Source: Candidatus Neptunichlamydia sp.
GTDB taxonomy: Bacteria; Chlamydiota; Chlamydiia; Chlamydiales; Simkaniaceae
Length of the DNA stretch: 64,000 bases
Assembly (NCBI GenBank): GCA_965233865.1
Contig: OZ247587.1
Coordinates: forward strand, 352,001-416,000
Direction: 5' to 3'
Numbering within the stretch: the first letter of the stretch is position 1; each line of letters begins with the position of its first letter. Under the pieces are notes generated by a model. It saw only the letters and a list, made by a program, of their open reading frames with translations, did not search any database and was not told the origin of the DNA. Below, one piece after another: positions 52,567-63,258 of the stretch. Both the position numbers and the translations under genes were made by a program.

Positions 52567-54537
52567 ATGGATAAAAGTACTCTTGGAGATTACTCAATCA
52601 TCAAGCAAATCGGTCAGGGAACGCTTGGCAGCGTGTATCTTGCTGAACACCGGTTTGTTAAGCAGCAATACATTTTAAAGGTTCTTCCTGAGGAATTATC
52701 GACGGACCGAAACTTTATCCAGCGATTTGAAAAGGAAGTGGTAACTCTCTCAAAACTTGACCACCCACACATTGTTAAAGTGCATAATATTTCATTTTCT
52801 GAAGGGTATTACTTTTTAGTCACAGACTGCATTGTTGATTGTTTAGGAGAAACGACAAACTTAACCCAATATCTAGGAGTAAATAAGCAAAGCCTTAACG
52901 AAAATGAAATCTTGGAGCTGTTGACCCAGGTCGCATCAGCATTGGCTTATGCGCATCAAATTCAACTAGGGGGCTCTCCTCTAGCGCACCGAGGACTCAA
53001 ACTCAATAATATCTTGATTGGAAAAGGAGAGAGAGGACTACATGTTTACCTTTCTGATTTTGGCCTTTCTCATATTGTTGGAGAAGGTGCGATTCTAACC
53101 CGAATGTATAAAAATCTCGCGGATGTTCTTTCCCTAGATTTACATCAGTCAACCTTTACGAAACCTGGCGAAGAAAAATATATGACGGGAACTTTTGACT
53201 CTGGTAAACTTTCAAAACTTCATGCATCATTCCTGCAGACTTACCATTTTCTTGCCCCAGAACAAAAGATTTATCGTGAAAAACCAGTGGGACCTAAAGC
53301 TGACATGTATGCTTTTGGTATTCTTGCCTATTTCCTTTTGATGCATTCCTTTCCTGAGGGTAATTTTCACCTTCCTTGCGAGATCTATCCTGACTTCCGG
53401 TTAAATTGGGACAACCTCATTCAAGAATGTTTAAAACCTGACCCAAATAAGCGTCCTGATTCACTTCTCAGAATGCTAAATGGGCTTTCCTCGTCTCAGG
53501 TGAAGAAAGTAGCTACAGTTAGTTCGATTGAAGAAGGGGAGATTTTAGATTGGGACGAAAGAGCAGAAATGCCTGCAATTCCTGAAGAATCAGGGGTTGC
53601 GCTTGCGACTGAGGAAAAAGAAGAAGAAATGACTCTAAAGCAAGCTGATATGCTACATGAGGTGTCTGAAATGGTGAGAGGGAATGCAAAACCCGTTCTT
53701 AACCCTCAGGAGATCAAACGCCCTGAATACGATCCAGATCCTGCAGCGGCCTTTCATATCGATAGCACTGTTGCTAGATATGTTCCAAAGGAAGAAAAAG
53801 CGAAAAATATTGAGCCAATTCAATCCGATATGGATGTTGTTAAAGGAGGAGAGTATTACCGAGGAAGTGACGAGGGAGGAAGAGATGAGCGCCCCCGGCA
53901 CGCAGTGAAACTTTCAAGTTTTGCCCTTGATGTGCATCCTGTAACAAACGAGCAGTTTAAGCGCTTTTTAGATGCTATGGGTGGCGAAAAAGATGCAAAT
54001 AATAACGACATTATAAGACCCAGAGAATCGCGTATTCGTCGTCATGAAGGAACGTTGACCATTGAGTCAGGCTATTCTAAACACCCTGTCATTGGCGTGA
54101 CTTGGTATGGTGCCATTGCCTATGCTAAGTGGGTAGGAAAACGCCTTCCAACCGAAGCGGAATGGGAAATTGCTGCATCAGGAGGAGAGGAACTCATGTA
54201 TCCAACTGGAGCAAGCATTGAACGAACTCAAGCAAATTTCTTTAGCTCTGATACAACATCTGTTAAAAGCTATCCTCCCAATAAGTATGGTTTCTACGAC
54301 ATGGTGGGGAACGTTTATGAGTGGTGCCAGGATTGGTACGATTACAATTACTACGAGGTGGCAATGCAGCGCCCTGACAATCCAAAAGGACCCATGCAGG
54401 GTGTTTATCGTGTTCTTCGTGGTGGGTGTTGGAAGAGTCTCAAGGACGATCTTCGATGCTCTCATCGCCACAGGAATAATCCGGGTATTGTGAACCGTAC
54501 CTATGGTTTCCGATGCGCTGCTGATGTCGATGAATAG
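52567..54537 (+). CDS. pkn1: Ser/Thr kinase-like domain fused to FGE-sulfatase domain (Pkn1-type)
   Basis: IGQGTLG, YILK, HRGLKLNN, SDFG, LAPE; C-terminal RLPTEAEWE, DMVGNVYEW, RVLRGG, GFRC. Confidence 0.85.
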   Translation: MDKSTLGDYSIIKQIGQGTLGSVYLAEHRFVKQQYILKVLPEELSTDRNFIQRFEKEVVTLSKLDHPHIVKVHNISFSEGYYFLVTDCIVDCLGETTNLTQYLGVNKQSLNENEILELLTQVASALAYAHQIQLGGSPLAHRGLKLNNILIGKGERGLHVYLSDFGLSHIVGEGAILTRMYKNLADVLSLDLHQSTFTKPGEEKYMTGTFDSGKLSKLHASFLQTYHFLAPEQKIYREKPVGPKADMYAFGILAYFLLMHSFPEGNFHLPCEIYPDFRLNWDNLIQECLKPDPNKRPDSLLRMLNGLSSSQVKKVATVSSIEEGEILDWDERAEMPAIPEESGVALATEEKEEEMTLKQADMLHEVSEMVRGNAKPVLNPQEIKRPEYDPDPAAAFHIDSTVARYVPKEEKAKNIEPIQSDMDVVKGGEYYRGSDEGGRDERPRHAVKLSSFALDVHPVTNEQFKRFLDAMGGEKDANNNDIIRPRESRIRRHEGTLTIESGYSKHPVIGVTWYGAIAYAKWVGKRLPTEAEWEIAASGGEELMYPTGASIERTQANFFSSDTTSVKSYPPNKYGFYDMVGNVYEWCQDWYDYNYYEVAMQRPDNPKGPMQGVYRVLRGGCWKSLKDDLRCSHRHRNNPGIVNRTYGFRCAADVDE

Positions 54538-54978
54538 TTTTTTATTTGTCTGTGTGGGGAATATCTGTCGCTCTCCAGCTCTAAAAAGAAGGGATTAACG
54601 GCTTATGTAGAAAGTTATGGTCTTCATGCGACTTTTCTTGGAAATCCTCCAGATAGGCGGATGCAAGAGGTGGCTCAGAAGCACGGGGTCATTCTGCAAA
54701 ATCAAGCAAAAATTTTTGAGAATGCCTATTTTGATCAGTTTGATGTGATCTTTTGTGTCACTGCAGATGCTCTTTCAGCGATCCGCAGTATGGCACATTC
54801 TTCTGAGCACCATAAGAAAGTCTTGATGGCAACCCATTATTCTGAGCTGTACCCTGACAATCCGATTCCGGACCCTTATTTCAAGGACTCCGATGGATTC
54901 GAAACTGTTTGGTCGATGATCGAGGATGCCTGCAAGGGAATTATTGATAAGTTTTATCTTGATAAGAAAATAGAATAA
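54530..54978 (+). pseudogene. Low-molecular-weight protein tyrosine/arginine phosphatase, frameshifted
   Basis: ATG 54530 reads MNSFLFVCVGNICRSPALKRRD*; the rest (KKGLTAYVES...IPDPYF) is in another frame. Confidence 0.85.
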
Positions 54979-54994
54979 GTTAGACCATGTCTCT

Positions 54995-55924
54995 ATGAAA
55001 TTGTTATTGTCAAAGCCTAGGGGGTTCTGTGCTGGCGTGGTACGTGCGATCGAGACGGTGGAGCGAGCCCTTGAACTTTGGGGACGACCTATCTATGTTA
55101 AGCATCAGATTGTTCACAATCGCCATGTTGTAGAAGATTTAGAGGAAAAAGGCGCAATTTTTGTCGAGAATCTTGATGAAGTGCCTGAAGGCTCTAGGAT
55201 CATTTATTCTGCTCATGGTATCCCTCCTTTTGTGCGAAAGCACGCAAAGCGAAGAGGACTGATTGAAATTGATGCTTCTTGCGGTTTGGTTATTCGTGTT
55301 CACTCTGCTGCCAAACGATTTGCTAATAAAGGTTATCATGTCCTTTTAATTGGTCACAAAAAACATGTGGAAGTCATAGGTACAGCTGGAGAAGCTCCTG
55401 ATGCAACGACAATTATCGAATCTCCTGCAGATGTCGAAAAACTTTCCTTTTCTCAAGAGCAACGCTTATTTTACACGACACAGACAACGCTTAGCCTGGA
55501 TGATGTTAAAGACATTACTGATGCCCTTAAAGCAAAGTATCCGCTTATCGAGACTCTCCCTAGTTCTTCAATTTGCTATGCAACGACAAATCGGCAATTA
55601 GCACTAAGAGAAATTACTTCTTCTGTTGGGCTTGTTCTTGTTGTAGGAGACCCCACAAGTTCAAATTCAAATCGTCTCTGCGAAGTCGCTCGAAAAAGAC
55701 ATGTTCCTGGATATCTCATTAATTCTCCAGATGATATCGATCCTGAGTGGCTAAATGGTGTAGAAGCTATTGGACTCACTGCCGGTGCATCCACGCCTGA
55801 ATTGGTGGTGCAAAAGTGCATTGAGCACCTTAAAACTCTCGGAGTGACTGAAACTGAAGAGGTCGAATACACTGAGGAGAACGTATTTTTTGAGCTTCCG
55901 AAGCAAGTGCTTACCCCAGGTTAG
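54995..55924 (+). CDS. ispH: 4-hydroxy-3-methylbut-2-enyl diphosphate reductase
   Basis: PRGFCAGVVRAI, IVHN, SAHG, ICYATTNRQ, SSNSNRL, TAGASTPE. Confidence 0.97.
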   Translation: MKLLLSKPRGFCAGVVRAIETVERALELWGRPIYVKHQIVHNRHVVEDLEEKGAIFVENLDEVPEGSRIIYSAHGIPPFVRKHAKRRGLIEIDASCGLVIRVHSAAKRFANKGYHVLLIGHKKHVEVIGTAGEAPDATTIIESPADVEKLSFSQEQRLFYTTQTTLSLDDVKDITDALKAKYPLIETLPSSSICYATTNRQLALREITSSVGLVLVVGDPTSSNSNRLCEVARKRHVPGYLINSPDDIDPEWLNGVEAIGLTAGASTPELVVQKCIEHLKTLGVTETEEVEYTEENVFFELPKQVLTPG

Positions 55925-55937
55925 GGAGAAATCCCTA
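55922..55937 (+). terminator. Short hairpin after ispH, possible weak terminator
   Basis: TAGGGA-GAAA-TCCCTA; U-tract poor. Confidence 0.3.
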
Positions 55938-55974
55938 TCGTTCAATTAATTTCTGATAACAGTTATAGATAAAC

Positions 55975-57173
55975 TGATCTTCCCCCGTTTCTGTAGACAT
56001 TTTTAACATAGACTATTCTCATGTTTTTCTTCAAATTTCACCGGGCTCAAACATCCCAATGTTGAATGTCTTCTCTTATTGTTATAGTAGCATTCTATAT
56101 AGTTAAATATTTCCTTTTCAGCAACTTCTGTATCTTTAAAAACTTTAGCTCCTACGCATTCTCTCTTAAGAGAATTGAAAAAACTTTCCATTGGGGCATT
56201 GTCATAGCAACTTCCTTTTCCACTCATGCTTCCAAGCATGTTGTTTTTCTTTAGATTTTTATCTATTGCTTCAGAGCCGTATAGTGACCCTTGATCGCTA
56301 TGAAATATTATCCCTTCTACAGCTCCTCTTCTTGAGACTGCCTGCTCTAAAGCTTGTATGACCAGTTCTTTTCTCATATGCTTTTTGATGGAATGTCCAA
56401 CGATTTTCCTAGAGTAAAGAGCCATGACTGTACATAAATATGCCCACCCTTTGCCTGTCCTTATATAGGTAATATCGCTAACCCATTTAGCATTCTTTTT
56501 CTCTGCCGTAAAATTCTGGTGAAGCAAGTTCGGCTTCTTCTCTTTTACTACTAACTTCTTTCTTTTCCATTTCATAATTTTAGCAACTCTCTTTTCACTA
56601 CAGTGCACCCCTTTTTCCTTCAGTTCCATAAAAATTCTTGGGCTTCCATATCGTTTTTTGTGCTCATAAAAGATCTGTTCTACTTCCTCGGTAAGCTTCT
56701 CTTCTTCTTGAACTCTTTTCCTTTTTGGAGATGACACGAAGCGGTAGTACCCGCTTCTTGTCATTCCAAAGACTTGCAACATTTTCTCTATGAAAAATTC
56801 CTTTCTCAATTTCTTCATAGCTCTGTATTTGCTTTTGACATCGAGGAGAAAATGCCCATGGCCTTTTTTAAGATTTCTCTTTCCTGCTTTAAGATCCTAT
56901 TTTCTTTTTTCAGTCGCTTAATCTCTTCTTTTTCCCTTGCCTGCTTCTCAGTCTTAATCAATCGACCATAGTTATGCTTACTGAGCCATACTTTTAGCGT
57001 AGAAACATCTATACCCAGATCACTTCCTACCCCTTCTATCTTCAGTCCTTCTTCTCTCACTAACTTGACCGCATTCCATTTAAATTCATCATTGAATTTT
57101 TTCATTTGCTTTTACTCCTCTTTAAGTTCGAGAAGTCTATATCATAACTATCCTATTTTTCGGGGGAAGATCA
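55975..57173 (-). mobile_element. IS3-family element with both IRs (orfA 56815-57105, orfB 56003-56818)
   Basis: IRs TGATCTTCCCCCG at 55975 and CGGGGGAAGATCA ending at 57173; DDE motifs WVSDITY, HSDQG, DNAPMESFF; no flanking duplication seen. Confidence 0.93.
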
Positions 57174-57300
57174 GATTTCGCTGAAAACCATCTCTAGATG
57201 GTCAGATATTATGACGACAAATCCTAATAAATTCGATCTGAATACAGAATAGATGCTTCCGTAGAAATGGTAGAAGAAGAGCTTCGAGAAGACACTTATA

Positions 57301-58653
57301 TCACCCTATTTTTTCCGTGGATTGCATTTTTTTGAAGTATACCCCAAAGTATAAGGATAGAAAAAACAAGGCCCTTGGAACCTTAATTTCCCCGTATTGT
57401 TTTATGGAAGGTTTAATGAATAGAATAAGAGCGGCAATGATTGCGCAGACAGCTCCCGCATAAATAGGGAAGCTATTGGCCTTCACCATAAAAAAGCCAC
57501 CGGCAAGCGCAGTTGCAGCTTCAGCAAAAACCTGAATAGATTGGTTGGTTCCTAGAGACTGCCCTTGCCATTTTCTGCTCACTACATCTGAAACCATAAT
57601 AGCAGGGAAGGCAAATCCCATTGACAGAAAGAACCCAATCGGAAGGAGAGTAAAAGTAAGAGCCCATGGGGATGCAGACATGTCAAAGATTAAGTAGCTG
57701 ATACAGATAAAAAAAGAACTGAGGCGCATTGATTCCCTTGAGGTCCAGCGTTTCGCAAAAAAGCCAAAGAAAAAGGGGGCGATGATGAAAGGGATGGAAA
57801 GGTACGCGTTGGCCTCTCCAAGCAATGAGAAAGAAAATCCGAACCGGTTTACAAGATAAGCGGAGAAAAAGTTCAAAAAGAAAAACATTGCTAAATAGAC
57901 GAAAAAATTTGCTGAAAATGTCACTCTAAGAGGTTGATAACGTATCACATGTATAAAGGATTTAGCAACCGATTTAAAAGATATTTTCATTCTACTCTCA
58001 GGAGAGTGTGTTTCTTTAAACAGATGGAAAACAACAAGAAAACCGATGAATGTGAGAAGCGCAGCACACCAAAAAGGAGTGTCATAGTGGAACCAAGGAA
58101 TAGTCGTAGAGTAGGCTAATTTCCCTCCAATCAAAGGGCCAAAGAAAAATGCTGTACTGCTTAATGATACAATCCATCCAAAGCTTTTCGCTTTTGCTTT
58201 TGAATTTTCACTGACATCGGCAACAGCTGCTTGAGCAATCACAATATTACCCTCTAGGAGACCGCTAAAAAATCGGCTCACAAATAGAAACGGAGGAAGA
58301 GTATAGAGAATTGAAAGTGCTGATCCAATAAATGCAGGAATCACAGCAAGAAGAGAAATCAATAAAATCGGTTTCCTTCCATATTTATCAGAAAGTTTTC
58401 CAAGGACTGGGGCTCCTATAAACTGACCAATTGGATACATAGAAAATAGGACGCCTAATAAAATTCTTCGCCTTCCTATCCCCATCGAATCTGGAAGAAA
58501 ACCATGCGAAGGTTCTAAAAAGAGAGGAGGGAAAAGAGGAAGCGCTAGAGAAAACCCTAAGTATCCTAGGAATAAAACAGTAAAGACTGGAAATATTCTA
58601 GTTACTTGCGACGAGGCCAAATGGGGTTTCCTTAATTTTATAGACACTATCAT
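57301..58653 (-). CDS. MFS drug:H+ antiporter-like transporter
   Basis: GKLSDKYGRKP, AQAAVADVS, GPLIGG; about 12 hydrophobic segments. Confidence 0.88.
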   Translation of the reverse strand: MIVSIKLRKPHLASSQVTRIFPVFTVLFLGYLGFSLALPLFPPLFLEPSHGFLPDSMGIGRRRILLGVLFSMYPIGQFIGAPVLGKLSDKYGRKPILLISLLAVIPAFIGSALSILYTLPPFLFVSRFFSGLLEGNIVIAQAAVADVSENSKAKAKSFGWIVSLSSTAFFFGPLIGGKLAYSTTIPWFHYDTPFWCAALLTFIGFLVVFHLFKETHSPESRMKISFKSVAKSFIHVIRYQPLRVTFSANFFVYLAMFFFLNFFSAYLVNRFGFSFSLLGEANAYLSIPFIIAPFFFGFFAKRWTSRESMRLSSFFICISYLIFDMSASPWALTFTLLPIGFFLSMGFAFPAIMVSDVVSRKWQGQSLGTNQSIQVFAEAATALAGGFFMVKANSFPIYAGAVCAIIAALILFIKPSIKQYGEIKVPRALFFLSLYFGVYFKKMQSTEKIG

Positions 58654-58743
58654 GTTAAACTATTTTTATGTTTTTTCTCAAATTCACTTTAGGTGTTTGA
58701 TAAAATGACGGATCTCATTTGACAACATAGGAGACTCGTATTT

Positions 58744-58875
58744 ATGAGAGAAGGAGCTAAGCGATCAAAGAACCTGAGAGAATTTTGGAAGGGGAAATTA
58801 CAGGAGTGTCAGGCAAATAGCCTAAGTGGTCCGAATTGGTGTCGTGCAAACCAACTCCTTTATCACCAGTTCATC
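58744..58875 (+). mobile_element. IS66 TnpA-like N-terminal fragment
   Basis: FWKGKLQECQANSLSGPNWCRANQLLYHQF resembles the IS66 TnpA W...SGLS...WC pattern; truncated at the hemW 3' end. Confidence 0.55.
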
Positions 58876-59958
58876 TCATTCATCGATGATTTTTTCAGCA
58901 ACAGTGTCGTAGAAGAGGCGTCCGTGATCAGTTAGGGTTGCGTGGCCATCTTGGTAGGTGATCCAACCTTCTCGGTCGAGATCTGTTAGTAGGGTCTGAG
59001 TATCAAGGGGAATATTACCCAGGGGGATCCCTTCGGTAAGGCGAAGGCCTATCGCAATCTTTTCATGGAGACTGGCAGGGAAGGGCAGCTTTTCTTCAAA
59101 ATCAACAGGAAATTTTCCTTGCTCAAGCTTTTTGAGATAGCGATTTAAATGACAGATATTCTGAAAACGCTTGCCCTCGTAGTAACTAAAGGCAGATGGG
59201 CCGTATCCTAAAAATTCTCTCTCTGTCCAGTAACCACTATTGTGAATGGAAACTTTTCCATTGCGTGCGAAGGCAGAAATTTCGTAGCGATGGAGGTGCG
59301 CTTTTTTGAAGCGCTCGCAGGCATATTGGAGCATTTTGGTAGCTGTTTCTTCATCGGGGAGATGGGGACGAAGCTCCTGTTCTTTTTTCTTGAAAACTGT
59401 ATGGGGCTCAATTGTGAGATTGTATAGAGAAAGGTGGGTAATGGGTAGCTCAACTGCGGCGTCAACGGTTTCTTTCCACGCCTGAAAGGTTTGGTGAGGG
59501 ATTTCATACATGAGATCAATTGTGATGTTTTTGATTCCTGCAGCATGGGTGATGTTGACTGCATCGATTGCTTTTTGTGCGGTGTGGGCTCTTCCAAGAT
59601 GATTAAGGAGGGTATTGTTTAAGGATTGGACTCCGATGCTCACACGATTAACGCCTAGATCATGCAATATTTTCATGAGCTCTGGTGTGACGTCTTCAGG
59701 ATTTGCCTCCACTGTGATTTCCGGTGCTGTGGTTTTTTGCAAGATTTGTTTGATTCCTTCAACACAAAGAGTAGGCGTACCCCCTCCAAAATAGAGAGAT
59801 GCAATCTCTTTTCCTTCAATTTGGGGGAGGCGCAGCTCCCATTCTTTGAGCAAAGCTTCAATAAAAGAATCTTGATCACGATTAGGAATTACATAGAAAT
59901 GGCAGTAGGGACATTTACGTGTGCAAAAGGGAAGATGGAAATATAGAGAAATTACCAC
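58876..59958 (-). CDS. hemW: Radical SAM heme chaperone HemW (HemN-like)
   Basis: LYFHLPFCTRKCPYCHF, YFGGGTPT, NRVSIGVQS, YEISAF, HNSGYW. Confidence 0.92.
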   Translation of the reverse strand: MVISLYFHLPFCTRKCPYCHFYVIPNRDQDSFIEALLKEWELRLPQIEGKEIASLYFGGGTPTLCVEGIKQILQKTTAPEITVEANPEDVTPELMKILHDLGVNRVSIGVQSLNNTLLNHLGRAHTAQKAIDAVNITHAAGIKNITIDLMYEIPHQTFQAWKETVDAAVELPITHLSLYNLTIEPHTVFKKKEQELRPHLPDEETATKMLQYACERFKKAHLHRYEISAFARNGKVSIHNSGYWTEREFLGYGPSAFSYYEGKRFQNICHLNRYLKKLEQGKFPVDFEEKLPFPASLHEKIAIGLRLTEGIPLGNIPLDTQTLLTDLDREGWITYQDGHATLTDHGRLFYDTVAEKIIDE

Positions 59959-60413
59959 GAATCGCCGTCAGGATCTTCGAGGATTCCTCGACGCCATCGG
60001 TTTTTATCACTATAAGGGTCTTCATCATCGTCAGAGATGGTGGTTGCGGATTCTTCATCATCAGCAACGGTTCCAGTCTCTGTGCCAAAAGTTGTTGGAG
60101 AATCATTCTCGAGACCAGAGTCAGTCATTCCGCCTCCGCCTCCACTTTCGTCTATATCGACGCCTGGGAGGGTATGAGGTTCTTGATAGGCTGCACGCTG
60201 TTGAGCGTTACGCTTCGGGACAGAGTATTCTTCGCTATCCCCATTTTCTTTGATGCTTTGGAGACGAGATTTCTCATCGTCTAAGCGCTTTTTAAGAAGC
60301 TCAATTTCACCCTTGTGCTTTTCGATGTCCTTCTTAGGGACAAGACCCAAGTTGAGCCATTGCTCCAAGTCGTGAAGTTCAAGTTCTAGCTTTTTCATTC
60401 GTTCGCTTTTCAT
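59952..60413 (-). CDS. Conserved chlamydial protein (CT053-like)
   Basis: MKSERMKKLELELHDLEQWLNLGLVPKKDI...DPYSDKNRWRRG; position between hemN/hemW and sucA as recalled for Chlamydia. Confidence 0.8.
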   Translation of the reverse strand: MKSERMKKLELELHDLEQWLNLGLVPKKDIEKHKGEIELLKKRLDDEKSRLQSIKENGDSEEYSVPKRNAQQRAAYQEPHTLPGVDIDESGGGGGMTDSGLENDSPTTFGTETGTVADDEESATTISDDDEDPYSDKNRWRRGILEDPDGDSW

Positions 60414-60555
60414 AACCACAGTACTATACTCCACAAGGTAATATATTCAAAGTACCTTTTAATTAATGGGGAACAAATTTTTTGGAAAGAGAAATCATTT
60501 TTCTTTTTGAGAAAGGGAGAGATTTTGATATAGCAAAGGGGAGAGGGGAGATGAT

Positions 60556-63258
60556 ATGAGCCGTGGCGAAGAATATGCGAATCTATCAAACTTAAGTTAT
60601 ATCGAAGGGATTTACGCAGAGTATTTAAAGGATCCTGGCAGCGTTGAAAAAAGCTGGCAACATTTTTTTGAAGGAATGGCTCTTGGATCTGCACTCAAAG
60701 GTCCTGCAGTTGAAGGCAGAAGAAGCCCTGACTTGCGCATTTTTAGGATGATTGAAGCGTATCGTCTTTATGGTCATAAAGGTGCAACATTCAATCCTAT
60801 TGGTATTGATCTGACAAAACCAGATGAAGTTGAAGAGTTGAAACTTGAAACTTTGGGTTTCAAAAAAGAAGAGTTGGAGCAAGAATTTCCAACCTGTGGA
60901 TTTCTCAAAGATCAAACAGCGCCCCTTTCTGCCATTATTGACGCACTAAATAAGACCTACTGCAATTCAGTAGGATTTGAATATATGGGAATGCAAACTC
61001 CTGACATGGAGCGGTTTTTTCAACAAAAAATTGAACCCCTTTTTCAATTTTCGCTCTCTAGGAAAGAAAAAATAGAAGTGCTTCATCATCTAAATCGGTC
61101 GGAGATTTTAGAGTCATTTATCCATATGAAGTATCCAGGTCAAAAACGATTTTCTCTTGAGGGTGGAGAGACGCTCATTCCAATGCTCATGGAAATGATT
61201 CAGCATGGTAGCGCTAAAGGAATTGAGCAAATTGTTCTTGGAATGGCACATCGAGGCCGTTTAAATGTTTTGGCGAATGTTTTGGGAAAATCTTATTCCG
61301 ATCTTTTTCGAGAATTTGAAAAAACCTATGTTCCTGATACGTATGAAGGTTCTGGAGATGTGAAATACCATATGGGGTATTTCTCAGATCTTTCTACAAA
61401 AAATAGGAAAAGTGTTCACCTTGCCCTTTGTGCAAACCCGAGCCATCTCGAGGCTGTTGATCCCGTTGTTGAGGGAAAAGCGCGGGCTAAACAGGAGGAA
61501 TTTTTCCAAGGAAAGACAGATGCTGTTCTTCCGGTTCTGATCCATGGGGATGCCTCAATCGCAGGGCAAGGTGTGGTTTATGAAACGATGCAGCTTTCTA
61601 AGCTTGCGGGTTATCAGACCGGGGGAACGATGCATATCGTTATCAATAACCAAGTGGGATTTACCGCGGCTCCAAAAGAGACCAAATCGACCCCTTATTG
61701 CACGGATATCGCAAAATCGTTTGGCGCACCCGTCTTTCATGTGAATGCCGAGGATCCCGAGAGGGCCGTGATTGTAATGAAACTCGCGATTGAGCTGCGA
61801 CAAAAGTTTGGGTGCGATGTCTTTATCGAGCTTAACTGTCACCGAAAATATGGTCATAACGAAAATGATGAACCGGCTTTTACCCAACCTGAAATTTATA
61901 AAGTTATTAAGCAAAAGCAGGTTATTCGCAATCTCTATCGCGATGCTCTTATTCAAGAAGGAACACTTTCACAAAAGGCAGCAGACGCGCTTGAAAAAGA
62001 TTTTAAAGACAGCTTAGAAGAAGCTCTCAAAGTGACTCAAGAAGAGATTAAGACGAAAAAAGCTGGAAAAGTTAAAGAAAAATTCTCTCTCCTCGCCCCT
62101 ATAAAAACTGCAATTCCTCTGGAGCGCTTGATTGAACTTGCTAAAAAATTCACAACGATTCCAAGTAGTTTTGTCCTTAATTCTAAACTTAAACGTTTGA
62201 TGAATGATCGGATAAAGATGATCTCAGGGGATAAAGATGCCCCTATTGTTGACTGGGGAATGGCGGAGCACCTTGCTTATGCGACTTTATTAACAGAAGG
62301 GGTGCATGTGCGTTTGTCGGGCCAAGATTCTGGTCGCGGAACTTTTTCTCACCGCCATGCGACACTGACAGATCAAGAGACTTCACAACGTTACTGCCCT
62401 CTTTCTCATTTAAGTAATGATCAAGCAAATTTTGATGTCTACAACTCGCCTCTTTCGGAATATGCTGTGATGGGATTTGAATATGGATATAGTCTTTCCT
62501 ATAAGAAAGCCTTAACCATTTGGGAAGGGCAGTTTGGAGACTTTGCAAATGGTGCGCAGATTGTGATTGATCAGTTTATCGTTTCTGCGGAGCAGAAATG
62601 GGGGCGGTTTTCTCCTTTAACTCTTCTTCTTCCTCACGGGTATGAGGGACAGGGACCGGAGCACTCTTCTGCACGGATTGAAAGATTTTTGCAACTTGCA
62701 GCAAATGATAGCCTATATATCATCTACCCATCAACTCCATCGCAACACTTCCATGCGCTGCGCCGTCAGGGAATCAGCGAGCTCTTAAAACCTCTAGTTC
62801 TCTTTACTCCTAAAGCACTTCTACGTTATCCGCCCTCGTTAAGTATGCCTAAGGAGCTTGCAGGTGGTGAATTTCAGGAGGTAATTGATGATCCTAAAAC
62901 TCTCAAAAGCGTAAGGCGCGTGATCTTTTGCTCTGGAAAAGTCTATTATGACCTTATCGAAAATAACAAACGCTCTGATATTGCAATTATACGGATAGAG
63001 CAGCTCTATCCTTTCTACGCAGAAAAGGTTCAAGCGATTCTCAAAAAATACAACGAACTCTCAGAGTGTTTTTGGGTTCAAGAGGAACCTCAAAACCAAG
63101 GGGTCTACTCCTACATTCAGCCTTTGCTTCAAAACCTCCTTCCCGAAAAAATCTCATTAAGGTATGTCGGAAGAGATAGAGGCGCATCCACAGCAGCTGG
63201 AACAAGTGCTCTCCATATAAAAGAACTCGAGAAATTTCTAAAAGAGGCCCTCGAATGA
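60556..63258 (+). CDS. sucA: 2-oxoglutarate dehydrogenase E1
   Basis: KRFSLEGGE, GMAHRGRLN, GDVKYH, HGDAS, GRGTFSHRH, WEGQFGDFANGAQ, GQGPEHSS. Confidence 0.98.
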   Translation: MSRGEEYANLSNLSYIEGIYAEYLKDPGSVEKSWQHFFEGMALGSALKGPAVEGRRSPDLRIFRMIEAYRLYGHKGATFNPIGIDLTKPDEVEELKLETLGFKKEELEQEFPTCGFLKDQTAPLSAIIDALNKTYCNSVGFEYMGMQTPDMERFFQQKIEPLFQFSLSRKEKIEVLHHLNRSEILESFIHMKYPGQKRFSLEGGETLIPMLMEMIQHGSAKGIEQIVLGMAHRGRLNVLANVLGKSYSDLFREFEKTYVPDTYEGSGDVKYHMGYFSDLSTKNRKSVHLALCANPSHLEAVDPVVEGKARAKQEEFFQGKTDAVLPVLIHGDASIAGQGVVYETMQLSKLAGYQTGGTMHIVINNQVGFTAAPKETKSTPYCTDIAKSFGAPVFHVNAEDPERAVIVMKLAIELRQKFGCDVFIELNCHRKYGHNENDEPAFTQPEIYKVIKQKQVIRNLYRDALIQEGTLSQKAADALEKDFKDSLEEALKVTQEEIKTKKAGKVKEKFSLLAPIKTAIPLERLIELAKKFTTIPSSFVLNSKLKRLMNDRIKMISGDKDAPIVDWGMAEHLAYATLLTEGVHVRLSGQDSGRGTFSHRHATLTDQETSQRYCPLSHLSNDQANFDVYNSPLSEYAVMGFEYGYSLSYKKALTIWEGQFGDFANGAQIVIDQFIVSAEQKWGRFSPLTLLLPHGYEGQGPEHSSARIERFLQLAANDSLYIIYPSTPSQHFHALRRQGISELLKPLVLFTPKALLRYPPSLSMPKELAGGEFQEVIDDPKTLKSVRRVIFCSGKVYYDLIENNKRSDIAIIRIEQLYPFYAEKVQAILKKYNELSECFWVQEEPQNQGVYSYIQPLLQNLLPEKISLRYVGRDRGASTAAGTSALHIKELEKFLKEALE

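Noticed and set aside
55975..57173. Target-site duplication around the complete IS3
   Set aside because: Flanks (AAAC | GATT) do not match, so no duplication is claimed.
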